A DNA stretch of 32,000 nucleotides, taken from assembly GCF_001457615.1 (NCBI RefSeq), contig NZ_LN831024.1, forward strand, positions 2,670,001-2,702,000, written 5' to 3'. This document shows, piece by piece, positions 23,627 through 32,000 of this stretch. A program made the translations under genes and the position numbers. Origin of the DNA: Pseudomonas aeruginosa. Its GTDB lineage: Bacteria > Pseudomonadota > Gammaproteobacteria > Pseudomonadales > Pseudomonadaceae. Under the pieces are notes generated by a model. That model was not told the DNA's origin and did no database searches. It worked only from the letters and a program-made list of their open reading frames with translations. Every line of letters starts with the position of its first letter. Position 1 is the first letter of the stretch.

Positions 23627-24628
23627 ATGACAACGCTTGCTGATATCCCCCTGTCCATGCTCGACCTGGTGCCGGTGCGCACCGGCGGCAGCGTGGCCGA
23701 AGCCCTGCACAACTCCCTGGACCTGGCGCGCCATGTGGAGCGCCTGGGCTTCAACCGTTTCTGGCTGGCCGAGCACCACAACATGGATGGCATCGCCAGT
23801 TCCGCCACCGCGCTGCTGATCGGCCATATCGCCGGCGGCACCTCGCGGATCCGCGTCGGCTCGGGTGGGGTGATGCTGCCGAACCATGCGCCGTTGGTGG
23901 TGGCGGAAAACTTCGGCACCCTGGAGACGCTCTACCCGGGCCGCATCGACCTCGGCCTTGGCCGCGCCCCCGGCGCCGACCAGGCGACCATGCGCGCCTT
24001 GCGTCGCGACCGCCTGGGCAACGGCGACGACTTCCCCGAGCAGGTCGCCGAGCTGGAAATGCTGCTCGGCCCGCGCCGTTCCCAGCAGAGCCTGCTGGCG
24101 GTGCCGGGCGAGGGTACCCAGGTGCCGATCTGGCTACTCGGTTCGAGCTTGTTCAGCGCCCACCTGGCGGCGCAGAAAGGCTTGCCCTATGCCTTCGCTT
24201 CGCATTTCGCACCGCGTTACCTGCACGAGGCGCTGCGCATCTACCGCAGCAACTTCCAGCCCTCGGCGGTACTCGACAAACCTTACGCGATGATCGGCGT
24301 GCCGCTGATCGCCGCACCTACCGACGAAGAGGCCGAGTTCCTCGCCACTACCGCCTTCCAGCGCGTGCTGGCGCTGATCCGCGGCGAGAGCCTGAAACAG
24401 AAGCCGCCGGTGGAAAGCATGGCGCCGTTGTGGCTGCCCCACGAGCAGGATGCGGTCGGCAGCTTCTTCGGCCTGGCGGTGATCGGCGGTCCGGAGAAGG
24501 TTCGCGCGCGCCTGGAGATCCTCCTGGAGCAGACCGGCGCCGACGAGCTTATCTTCACCAGCGACTTCTACGAGCACGCCCATCGGCTGCGCTCTTGCGA
24601 AATCGTCGCGGGGCTGAAAGGGGCGTGA
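23627..24628 (+). CDS. Luciferase-like (LLM class) flavin-dependent oxidoreductase (333 aa)
   Basis: The sequence [77 protein letters not shown] is typical of the YhbW/LLM family. Confidence 0.9.
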   Translation: MTTLADIPLSMLDLVPVRTGGSVAEALHNSLDLARHVERLGFNRFWLAEHHNMDGIASSATALLIGHIAGGTSRIRVGSGGVMLPNHAPLVVAENFGTLETLYPGRIDLGLGRAPGADQATMRALRRDRLGNGDDFPEQVAELEMLLGPRRSQQSLLAVPGEGTQVPIWLLGSSLFSAHLAAQKGLPYAFASHFAPRYLHEALRIYRSNFQPSAVLDKPYAMIGVPLIAAPTDEEAEFLATTAFQRVLALIRGESLKQKPPVESMAPLWLPHEQDAVGSFFGLAVIGGPEKVRARLEILLEQTGADELIFTSDFYEHAHRLRSCEIVAGLKGA

Positions 24629-24686
24629 TCCGGGGCCTGTAGGGAAAATGATGTAGACCTGCGTGCGGTAGGGTCTTTCGGCGATA

Positions 24687-24718
24687 GGTTTTTTGGTTCT
24701 AAACTTAGAACTAAAAAC
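24687..24718. promoter_or_regulatory. AT-rich imperfect palindrome upstream of the cytochrome operon (candidate operator)
   Basis: The core GTTCTAA-ac-TTAGAAC (24696-24711) is flanked by GTTTTTT...AAAAAC extensions. It ends ~25-30 bp upstream of the ATG at 24743. Confidence 0.35.
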
Positions 24719-24742
24719 AATAAGCCAGAGAGGAACCCTGCC

Positions 24743-25396
24743 ATGCCGGTTGCACACCGACTGCTGTTTTCATTGACCGCCTTGCTGGCGGCGACGGCCC
24801 AGGCCGCCGTCGACGGCCAGAAACTCTACACACAGGGCGGCGCCAACCCGGCCGCCGCGGCCTGCGTCACCTGCCACGGCGCCGATGGCATGGGCCTGGC
24901 CGCCGCCGGCTTTCCGCGCCTGGCGGGCCTTCCCGCCGCCTACCTGAGCAAGCAGCTGCACGACCTCAAGCAGGGCGGCAGTCGCGAGCACCCGGTGATG
25001 AAGGGCATAGCCGATGCTCTCGGCGACGACGAGATCCAGGCGCTCGCCAATACCCTCGCGGCAATGCCGGCGCCCAAGCCGGTGGAGCTGTCGCGCGTGG
25101 CCACCCCGCGCAGCCCCGGCGAGACCCTGGCGGTGCGTGGCGCCTGGGAGCGCAACATTCCCGAGTGCGTGACCTGTCACGGTCCGGCCGGCAGCGGCGT
25201 GGGGGAGGCCTTCCCGCCGTTGCAGGGGCAGGGCGAGATGTACCTGAGCAACCAGTTGCGCGCCTGGCAGCTTGGCACTCGCCGCAACGACCCGAACGAT
25301 CTGATGGGACATATCGCCAAATCCCTCAGCGAAGAGGAGATCCGCAGCGTCAGCCAGTTCTTCGCCACCCTCGGTCAGGCAGGAGGCCAGCCATGA
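24743..25396 (+). CDS. tsdB: Dihaem cytochrome c4-type protein (TsdB-like)
   Basis: A signal peptide and two CxxCH motifs (CVTCHGADG, CVTCHGPAG) are present. The stop overlaps the next ATG as ATGA. The symbol is assigned by analogy to tsdB-tsdA pairs. Confidence 0.8.
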   Translation: MPVAHRLLFSLTALLAATAQAAVDGQKLYTQGGANPAAAACVTCHGADGMGLAAAGFPRLAGLPAAYLSKQLHDLKQGGSREHPVMKGIADALGDDEIQALANTLAAMPAPKPVELSRVATPRSPGETLAVRGAWERNIPECVTCHGPAGSGVGEAFPPLQGQGEMYLSNQLRAWQLGTRRNDPNDLMGHIAKSLSEEEIRSVSQFFATLGQAGGQP

Positions 25397-26268
25397 ACAT
25401 GCCGTCGATCCTTTCCCTGGCCGTCGCCGGCCTGCTGGTCGCTCCCGTCCACGCGGCAACGGCGCCCTCGGAGCCGTTCCAGCCGCCGGCGGAAAGCAGC
25501 CTCCCGGACAACGCCTTCGGCGAAATGGTACGCCAGGGCCAGGCGTTGTTCGTGGAAACCCGGAAGAACGCGCCGCATCTGGTCGGCAACCAGCTCAACT
25601 GCGTCAACTGCCATCTCGACCAGGGCCGCCGGGCCAACTCCGCGCCGCAGTGGGCGGCCTATCCGGTCTATCCGGCGTTCCGCGCCAAGAACAACAAGGT
25701 CAATACGTTCGCCGAGCGCCTGCAGGGCTGCTTCCAGTTCAGCATGAACGGCAAGGTGCCGGCGGCCGACAGCCCGGAGATCAAGGCCCTGACCGTCTAC
25801 GCCTATTGGCTGGCGAGCCAGGCGCCGACCGGGGTCAGCCTGCCCGGACGCGGCTATCCGGACGTGGCCCCGCCGGAAGGCGGCTACAGCATCGAGCGCG
25901 GCGCCAAGGTCTATGCCGCGCAGTGCGCGATCTGCCACGGCGCCGACGGCCAGGGCCAGATGGCTCTGGGGCAGACGGTGTTCCCACCGCTGTGGGGCGC
26001 GCAGTCGTTCAACTGGGGCGCGGGCATGCACCGCATCAACACCGCGGCCTCCTTCATCAAGTACAACATGCCGCTGGGCAAGCCCGGTACCCTCAGCGAC
26101 CGCGACGCCTGGGACGTCGCCGCCTTCATGAACAGCCACGAGCGCCCGCAGGACCCGCGCCTGGTGGACGGTTCGGTGGAGAAGACGCGGCAGAAGTTCC
26201 ATGCCAACGACGGCGTCAACCTGTACGGACAGAAGGTCAACGGCGTGCTGCTGGGACAGGGAATCTGA
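25393..26268 (+). CDS. tsdA: Dihaem c-type cytochrome, thiosulfate dehydrogenase (TsdA)-like (291 aa)
   Basis: AGGAGG lies 6 nt before the ATG at 25393. The signal peptide is ...APVHA|AT. Two CxxCH motifs (CVNCH, CAICH) are present, plus the TsdA/SoxA-type Cys-ligand motif FAERLQGCFQFSMNG. The family assignment is from memory. Confidence 0.75.
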   Translation: MNMPSILSLAVAGLLVAPVHAATAPSEPFQPPAESSLPDNAFGEMVRQGQALFVETRKNAPHLVGNQLNCVNCHLDQGRRANSAPQWAAYPVYPAFRAKNNKVNTFAERLQGCFQFSMNGKVPAADSPEIKALTVYAYWLASQAPTGVSLPGRGYPDVAPPEGGYSIERGAKVYAAQCAICHGADGQGQMALGQTVFPPLWGAQSFNWGAGMHRINTAASFIKYNMPLGKPGTLSDRDAWDVAAFMNSHERPQDPRLVDGSVEKTRQKFHANDGVNLYGQKVNGVLLGQGI

Positions 26269-26330
26269 CCCTCGTGGCCTGGCGTCCGCAGGACGGAGAC
26301 CCGGTCCGGCGGAAGCAGGTCGGCGCGGGG

Positions 26331-26414
26331 GTAGGGCGGATAACGCCAACGGCGTTATCCGCCGATGCCTGGGCCTCGGTCCGGCGGATAGCCGCGGGCG
26401 GCTATTCGCCCTAC
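26331..26414. repeat. Pair of inverted REP-like palindromic elements between convergent genes
   Basis: The first element is GTAG-GGCGGATAACGCC-aac-GGCGTTATCCGCC (26331-26363). The second is GGCGGATAGCCG-cggg-CGGCTATTCGCC-CTAC (26383-26414). The two are related and lie in opposite orientation. Confidence 0.6.
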
Positions 26415-26443
26415 GGGGGCCGGTTGGCGGGTGGGCCCGCGCA

Positions 26444-27766
26444 TCACTCGCGCAGCGGCATTTCCAGCGTCACCCGCAGGCCGTCCGCGCGGCTGTCGAA
26501 GTCCAGCCGGCATTGGCAGCGTTGCACGATAGCCTGGACGATGGCCAGGCCGAGCCCGCTGCCGCCGCTCTTGCCGTGGCGCCAGAAACGCCGGGTGAGG
26601 TGCGGCAGGTCGGTTTCGGCGATGCCCGGACCGTGGTCGCGGACGTGGAAGCGCGCGCAGCCTTGCGCGGTTTCCACCGCCAGCTCCACCCGGGTGCCGG
26701 CGGCGGTGTGGCGCAGGGCGTTGTCCAGCAGGTTGCGCAGCGCGGCGATGGCCAGCACCGAGGGGACTTCCAGCGGCGCCTCGGACAAGCCGTCGGCCAG
26801 CTTCAGCTCGAACATCCGCACGTCGCCGTGGCCGGCGTCGTGCATGGCCACCCGGGCGGCGTCCTCGGCGCTGCATTGCACGCCGTCGTCGAACGACAGG
26901 CTGCCTTCCACCCGCGCCAGCAGCAACAGCTGGTCCAGCGTCCGGTGCAGACGGTCGGCGCCTTCCTCGGCGTGGGCCAGGGCCTGCTCGGCGGCGGCGC
27001 CCTCGGTCATGCGCGCGACCTGCAGGTGGGTCTTGATCGCGGTCAGCGGGCTGCGCAGCTCGTGGGCGGCATCGCCGGTCAGGCGTCGCTCGCGTTCGAT
27101 GGCCTGGGCGATGCGCTGGAACAACTGGTTCTGGGTTTCCACCAGCGGCTTCAGTTCGCTCGGCAGGGCCGCCAGCTCCAGTGGCTCCAGCGAGTCGGCG
27201 CCGCGCCGGGTGAGGGCGTCGCGAATCCGCTTGAGCGGCGCCAGACCCTGGCCGGCGCCGAGCCAGAGCAGGGCCAGGCTGCCGAGCAGGGCGACCGTCA
27301 CCGGCACCGCGGCGGCCACCACCACCGAGCGTTGCAGCACGTCGCGCTCTTCCAGGCGGTCGGCGGTGCTGACCCGCAGATCGCCGGCCTGCACGGTGAA
27401 GCTGCGCCACAGCACGCCGTTGATTTCCTGGTCGCGGAAGCCGCTGGCGGTGCTGTCCAGCGCCCGCTCCGGGGTGGCATGGCTCTGCGCCAGGACTTCG
27501 CCGCGCAGTGAGCTGACCTGGCAGGCCATGCCGTTGGGAATTCCCAGTTGCTCCGCGCTCAGGCGCGTGGTCTGGCCGTCCGCCGGCTGCGGCTGCGGCA
27601 ACTGCTGGAGCAGGCCGGCAACCATCCGCGCCGAGGCCGCCAGGCGTTGGTCGAAGGAGCGCATCATCTGCCCGCGCAGGTCGCAGAGCATCCAGGCCGC
27701 GGCCAGCGACCAGAGCAGGATGAAGGCCGAGCCGAGGATCAGGGTCAGGCGCAGGCGCAGGCTCAT
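26444..27766 (-). CDS. dsbS: Sensor histidine kinase (440 aa) of an OmpR-type two-component system
   Basis: The frame was trimmed to MSLRLRLTLILGSAFILLW... at 27766, which overlaps the RR stop as ATGA. The protein has two TM segments, a periplasmic loop, the H-box AHELRSPLTAI, and N and G boxes (LLDNALRHT, DHGPGI, GGSGLGLAIV). The symbol comes from my recollection of PA2480. Confidence 0.85.
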   Translation of the reverse strand: MSLRLRLTLILGSAFILLWSLAAAWMLCDLRGQMMRSFDQRLAASARMVAGLLQQLPQPQPADGQTTRLSAEQLGIPNGMACQVSSLRGEVLAQSHATPERALDSTASGFRDQEINGVLWRSFTVQAGDLRVSTADRLEERDVLQRSVVVAAAVPVTVALLGSLALLWLGAGQGLAPLKRIRDALTRRGADSLEPLELAALPSELKPLVETQNQLFQRIAQAIERERRLTGDAAHELRSPLTAIKTHLQVARMTEGAAAEQALAHAEEGADRLHRTLDQLLLLARVEGSLSFDDGVQCSAEDAARVAMHDAGHGDVRMFELKLADGLSEAPLEVPSVLAIAALRNLLDNALRHTAAGTRVELAVETAQGCARFHVRDHGPGIAETDLPHLTRRFWRHGKSGGSGLGLAIVQAIVQRCQCRLDFDSRADGLRVTLEMPLRE

Positions 27767-28443
27767 GCGTCGTCTCCGTCGCCGCGCGCCGGCCCGAGGC
27801 GGTAGCCGAGGCCGCGCACGGTCTGCACGATGGCGTTGCCGAGCTTGCGCCGCAGGTGATGGATGTGGACGTTGAGGGCGTTGCTCTCGACCTCGTCGCC
27901 GAAGCCATAGACGCTGTCCTTGAGCTGCTCGCCGCTGAGGATCCGCCCGCGGTTGTTGAGCAATGCCTGCAACAGCGCCTGTTCGCGTCGCGACAGTTCC
28001 ACGGGGCGGCCGTCGAGCCAGGTTTCGCGGGTGCTCGGATCGTAGCTGAGGCGGCCGTGTTCGATGACGTTGACGCAACGCCCGGCGGAGCGCCGCTGCA
28101 AGGTATGCAGGCGGGCGCCGAGTTCACGCAGGTCGAAGGGCTTGAGCAGGTAGTCGTCGGCGCCGGCCTGCAGCCCGGCGACCCGGTCGGTCACCGCGTC
28201 GCGCGCGGTCAGCACCAGCACCGGCAGGTCGACGCCCTGCTGGCGCAGGCGCTGCAGCAGGCGCAGGCCGTCCTCGTCGGGCAGGCCGAGATCGAGGACC
28301 AGCACGTCGAAGCGCGCCACCTGGAGCAGCGCCTGGGTATCGGCGGCGCTGGCCACCCGGTCCACGGTCAGGCCCTGGGCGTTGAGGCCGGCGACGATGC
28401 CGCTGGCGATCAGGTCGTCGTCTTCGGTGAGCAGTACATGCAT
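27763..28443 (-). CDS. dsbR: OmpR/PhoB-family response regulator (226 aa)
   Basis: The receiver domain starts MHVLLTEDDDLIASGI...DVLVLDLGLPDEDG, and a C-terminal winged helix is present (...LNVHIHHLRRKLG...VRGLGYRL). The symbol comes from my recollection of PA2479. Confidence 0.85.
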   Translation of the reverse strand: MHVLLTEDDDLIASGIVAGLNAQGLTVDRVASAADTQALLQVARFDVLVLDLGLPDEDGLRLLQRLRQQGVDLPVLVLTARDAVTDRVAGLQAGADDYLLKPFDLRELGARLHTLQRRSAGRCVNVIEHGRLSYDPSTRETWLDGRPVELSRREQALLQALLNNRGRILSGEQLKDSVYGFGDEVESNALNVHIHHLRRKLGNAIVQTVRGLGYRLGPARGDGDDA

Positions 28444-28487
28444 GGCGGTATCGCTGGTTAAAGGGATAGGAGTCTGAAGCGGGCGAA

Positions 28488-28558
28488 TTAAGCCAGGATT
28501 ATGCCCCGCCCGGCGCGTCGCCGGGGTTTTCCCGTGGCCGCGTTAACGGCCTGTTAAT
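28488..28558. promoter_or_regulatory. Two pairs of TTAA-type direct repeats at 11-bp spacing in the dsbR/dsbD divergent promoter (candidate response-regulator sites)
   Basis: GTTAACggcctGTTAAT has repeats starting at 28542 and 28553. TTAAGccaggaTTATG has repeats starting at 28488 and 28499. One-helical-turn direct repeats are typical of OmpR-family sites; binding here is inferred. Confidence 0.35.
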
Positions 28559-28605
28559 CGTCGCTGGCCATGCTGCCGCCGAGTTCATCGTAGAAGGCGT
28601 TATCC

Positions 28606-30369
28606 ATGCGTGTGTTGATCCTGCTCCTGATGCTCCTGCTGCCGGGCCTGTCCCAGGCGCAACCGGGCGACGACCTGTTCGCGCCGCGCGGCGCGACGCA
28701 GACGGATTTCCTGCCGGTGGAGAAAGCCTTCCGCTTCACCTGGGAGCGCCTCGACGACGGCCAGGTGCAACTGCGCTGGCAGATCGCGCCGGGCTACTAC
28801 CTGTACCAGAAGCGCCTGCGCTTCGACGGACTCGACCCGGCCTTGCAGCCGCAGCTGCCGCCCGGCGAAAGCCACAGCGACGAGTTCTTCGGCGAGTCGC
28901 AGGTCTATCGCCAGAGCCTGGAACTGACCCTGCCGGCGGCCGCCGCCGGACAACTGCGCCTGGGCTGGCAGGGCTGCGCCGATGCCGGCCTGTGCTATCC
29001 GCCGCAGAGCCAGGCGCTCGACCTGGGCGGTACCGGCCCTGCCGCCGCCGGGACGAGCGGCGAAGTCGCCGAGGACCAGGGCCTGGCCGGCAGCCTGCAG
29101 GCCGGCAACCTGGCCTGGAGCCTGTTGCTGTTCTTCGGCCTCGGCCTGCTGCTGGCGTTCGCTCCCTGTTCGCTGCCGATGCTGCCGATCCTCGCCGGGC
29201 TGGTGGTCGGCAGCGGCGCCGGCCCTCGTCGAGGCCTGCTGCTGGCCGGTAGCTACGTGCTGAGCATGGCGCTGGTCTACGCCGGACTCGGGGTGGTCGC
29301 GGCGCTGCTTGGCGGCAACCTGCAGGCCTGGCTGCAACAGCCGTGGCTGCTGGGCAGCTTCGCCGCGCTGTTCGTGTTCCTCGCGCTGCCGATGTTCGGC
29401 TTCTTCGAACTGCAACTGCCGGCTGCCCTGCGCGACCGCCTCGACGGTCTCAGTCGCGGCCGCAAGGGCGGCAGCCTGGCCGGCGCGGCCGCGCTCGGCG
29501 CGTTGTCCGGGCTGCTGGTGGGGCCGTGCATGACCGCGCCGCTGGCCGGCGCCTTGCTCTATATCGCGCAGACCGGCAATGCCCTGCATGGCGGCCTGGT
29601 GCTGTTCAGCCTGGGCCTCGGCATCGGCATGCCGCTGTTGCTGCTGGTGACGGTCGGCAGCCGCTTCCTGCCCAAGCCCGGTCCCTGGATGAACCTGGTC
29701 AAGGGCGTGTTCGGCTTCCTTTTCCTCGGCACCGCCTGGATACTCCTGCGTCCGCTGCTCGGCGAGGCGCTGTGGATCGGCCTTGGCGGCGCGTTGCTGC
29801 TGGTCCTGGCCTACGCCGCGCTGCACACGGCGCGAGGCCTGGCACGGCACGCGGTGCTGTTCGGCGCGGCGGGCTGCATCTTCGGTCTCTGGGGCGCGGC
29901 GATGCTGCTGGGCGCCGCGGCCGGGGCCGACGACCCCTGGCGTCCGCTACAGGTGTATGCGGCGGCGAACCGGGGCGCTACGCCGACGGCCAGCGCCCAC
30001 GAGGCGTTCCTCACGGTGAGCCAGCCGGCCGAGCTGGACCGTCAGTTGGCTGCGGCCAAGGCCGAGGGACAATGGGTGCTGCTCGACTACTACGCTGACT
30101 GGTGCGTGTCCTGCCGGATCATGGAGAAACAGGTGTTTGCCAAGCCCGATGTGCTCGCCGCCCTGCAGGGCGTGCGCCTGCTGCGGCTCGACGTGACCGC
30201 GGATAACGCCGCCAGCCGCGAGCTGCTGCACCGCTACCAGGTACCCGGCCCGCCGAGCCTGATCTGGATCGGCCCGGAAGGCGAGGAGCGCCGCGCGCGC
30301 CGGTTGACCGGCGAAGTCGACGCCGGCGGCTTCCTCGCCCATTGGCAGGCGACCCGGGAGCGCGGCTGA
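28606..30369 (+). CDS. dsbD: DsbD-type thiol:disulfide interchange protein (587 aa)
   Basis: A signal peptide is followed by the N-terminal DsbD-alpha domain (FRFTWERLDDGQVQLRWQIAPGYYLY), a central multi-TM core, and a C-terminal thioredoxin domain with WCVSC. Confidence 0.9.
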   Translation: MRVLILLLMLLLPGLSQAQPGDDLFAPRGATQTDFLPVEKAFRFTWERLDDGQVQLRWQIAPGYYLYQKRLRFDGLDPALQPQLPPGESHSDEFFGESQVYRQSLELTLPAAAAGQLRLGWQGCADAGLCYPPQSQALDLGGTGPAAAGTSGEVAEDQGLAGSLQAGNLAWSLLLFFGLGLLLAFAPCSLPMLPILAGLVVGSGAGPRRGLLLAGSYVLSMALVYAGLGVVAALLGGNLQAWLQQPWLLGSFAALFVFLALPMFGFFELQLPAALRDRLDGLSRGRKGGSLAGAAALGALSGLLVGPCMTAPLAGALLYIAQTGNALHGGLVLFSLGLGIGMPLLLLVTVGSRFLPKPGPWMNLVKGVFGFLFLGTAWILLRPLLGEALWIGLGGALLLVLAYAALHTARGLARHAVLFGAAGCIFGLWGAAMLLGAAAGADDPWRPLQVYAAANRGATPTASAHEAFLTVSQPAELDRQLAAAKAEGQWVLLDYYADWCVSCRIMEKQVFAKPDVLAALQGVRLLRLDVTADNAASRELLHRYQVPGPPSLIWIGPEGEERRARRLTGEVDAGGFLAHWQATRERG

Positions 30370-31205
30370 TGCTGAGTTTTTCCCTGGGGCCGCTGGTGGT
30401 CTCGCTGCAACACCTGCTGCTGTTCCTCGCCCTCGGCGCCGCGCTGCTCGGTGGTTGGCTGGCGGCGCGCGGCGGCGGGCGCAACGCCGAGCCGGTGCTG
30501 TTCAACCTGTTGTTGCTCGGCCTGCTGGTGGCGCGCCTGGCCTTCGTGGTGCGCTACTGGCCGCAGTACCGTGGCGACTTCGCACAGATGCTGGATATCC
30601 GCGATGGCGGTTTCCTCGCCTGGCCAGGCCTGCTCGCCGCCGTGCTCGGCGCGCTGTTCTGGGCCTGGCGGCGACCGGCGCTACGTCGCTCGCTGGGTGT
30701 CGGCGCCAGCCTCGGACTGGCGTTCTGGCTGCTTGGCAGCCTGGGCCTGGGCATCTACGAGCGCGGTACGCGTCTGCCCGAACTGAGCCTGCGCAACGCC
30801 GCCGGCGAGTCGGTGCAACTGGCCGATTTCCGGGGCCGCCCGCTGGTGATCAACCTCTGGGCCAGTTGGTGCCCGCCGTGTCGGCGTGAGATGCCGGTGC
30901 TGCAACAGGCGCAGGCGGAGAATCCCGACGTGGTGTTCCTCTTCGCCAACCAGGGCGAGAGCGCCGAGACCGTGCGCCATTTCCTCCAGGGCGAGAACCT
31001 GCGCCTGGACAACCTGCTGTTCGACAACGGCGGGCAGCTTGGCCAGCAGGTCGGCTCGGTCGCCTTGCCCACCACCGTTTTCTACACCGCCGAGGGCCGC
31101 CTGCTGGGCAGCCATCTCGGCGAACTGTCCCGCGGCAGCCTGGCGCGCTACCTCGAAGCCTTCGAGCCGGCCGCTGCCGCCCCCGCAACCAGGAGTTCCG
31201 AATGA
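30369..31205 (+). CDS. dsbE: Membrane-anchored TlpA/ResA/DsbE-like thioredoxin
   Basis: ATG at 30369 overlaps the dsbD stop (TGATG). N-terminal TM helices are followed by a thioredoxin fold with the WCPPC active site. Confidence 0.8.
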   Translation: MLSFSLGPLVVSLQHLLLFLALGAALLGGWLAARGGGRNAEPVLFNLLLLGLLVARLAFVVRYWPQYRGDFAQMLDIRDGGFLAWPGLLAAVLGALFWAWRRPALRRSLGVGASLGLAFWLLGSLGLGIYERGTRLPELSLRNAAGESVQLADFRGRPLVINLWASWCPPCRREMPVLQQAQAENPDVVFLFANQGESAETVRHFLQGENLRLDNLLFDNGGQLGQQVGSVALPTTVFYTAEGRLLGSHLGELSRGSLARYLEAFEPAAAAPATRSSE

Positions 31206-31972
31206 GACTGCCGCGCAACCTGATCACCCTTGGCCTGGGCCTGACCCTCCTCAACGCCGGCCTGGCCACGGCGGCGGAGGAGCTGCCGGCGCCGATCCGC
31301 ATGGTCCAGGAGAAGGGCGCCCGCATCCTCGGCAGCTTCGACGCCCCGGATGGCCTGCGCGGATACGCCGCCGAATACCAGAACCAGGGCATGGCGCTGT
31401 ACCTGACGCCCGACGGCAAGCACGTACTCACCGGCCACCTGTTCGACGCCCAGGGCAAGGACCTCAGCCGCGAACCGCTGGAGCGCCTGGTGTATGCGCC
31501 GCTGGCCAAGGAAATGTGGCAGAAGATGGAGCAGAGCGCCTGGATCGCCGATGGCCGTGCCGACGCGCCGCGCGTGGTCTACCTGTTCAGCGACCCGAAC
31601 TGCCCGTACTGCACCATGTTCTGGGAGCAGGCGCGACCCTGGGTGGATGCCGGCAAGGTGCAGTTGCGGCATATCATGGTCGGCATCATTCGCGAGGACA
31701 GCGAAGCCAAGTCCGCTGCGCTGCTGGCCAGCAAGGACCCGCAGAAGGCCCTGCACGACCATGAGCAGGCGGGCAAGGCCAGCACCCTGAAGCCGCTTGC
31801 GAAGATCCCGGCGGCGGTGCGCAAGCAGCTCGCCGGCAACATGGAACTGATGGAGTCGATGGGCGCCGCGGCGACCCCGGCGATCTTCTATCTCAATGCC
31901 GAGGGGCGCATGCAGCAGCAACAGGGCGCGCCGCAGCCGGACCAGTTGGCGGAGATCCTCGGTCCGCGTTGA
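31202..31972 (+). CDS. dsbG: Periplasmic disulfide isomerase DsbG/DsbC family (256 aa)
   Basis: The start overlaps the upstream stop as ATGA. A signal peptide, a dimerisation domain, and a thioredoxin domain with the CPYC active site are present. Confidence 0.85.
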   Translation: MRLPRNLITLGLGLTLLNAGLATAAEELPAPIRMVQEKGARILGSFDAPDGLRGYAAEYQNQGMALYLTPDGKHVLTGHLFDAQGKDLSREPLERLVYAPLAKEMWQKMEQSAWIADGRADAPRVVYLFSDPNCPYCTMFWEQARPWVDAGKVQLRHIMVGIIREDSEAKSAALLASKDPQKALHDHEQAGKASTLKPLAKIPAAVRKQLAGNMELMESMGAAATPAIFYLNAEGRMQQQQGAPQPDQLAEILGPR

Positions 31973-32000
31973 TCCTCCGGGCCGGCGCCGAGCCGCCGGC

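Noticed and set aside
1-32000. Scan for tRNA/rRNA genes, CRISPR arrays, IS elements, prophage genes and known anti-phage defence operons.
   Set aside because: By eye I found no regularly spaced direct-repeat arrays, no cloverleaf-like or rRNA-like conserved segments, and no transposase, integrase, capsid, terminase or recognisable defence-domain ORFs on either strand.

Overview
High-GC (>60%) chromosomal DNA that I recognise as the Pseudomonas aeruginosa mexS-mexT-mexEF-oprN neighbourhood. Gene count and order match my memory of PAO1 loci PA2506 down to PA2476, read in descending order; this is from memory, not a search. About 30 genes are supported. Left to right: an OprD-family porin (opdT-like); a cluster of eukaryote-like or immunity-like genes (DUF2314/Imm33-like, SUKH+ankyrin, LRR+Ser/Thr kinase); an ankyrin/guanine-deaminase-like/MFS operon with a divergent LysR gene; a DinB-like gene; oprN-mexF-mexE-mexT on the minus strand and mexS on the plus strand; cupin plus two AraC regulators; a two-gene micro-protein operon preceded by a near-consensus MexT box; TetR and a luciferase-like monooxygenase; a tsdB/tsdA-like dihaem cytochrome pair; and an OmpR/HK two-component system (dsbRS) divergent from dsbD-dsbE-dsbG. 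No tRNA, rRNA, CRISPR array, IS element or integrase was seen. The one place that departs from core-genome behaviour is a ~0.95 kb low-GC patch (about 18.94-19.88 kb) between mexS and the cupin gene. It carries an unannotated-looking ColV-type double-glycine-leader microcin precursor (SD + GTG start) that overlaps an upstream 4-TM immunity-like ORF. The precursor is fused abruptly to only the C-terminal half of a TolC-family outer-membrane factor gene. I read this as a deletion-scarred class II microcin locus with a possibly retained orphan immunity gene. It is my top candidate for something undescribed. Most long ORFs antisense to the real genes are GC-driven artefacts.
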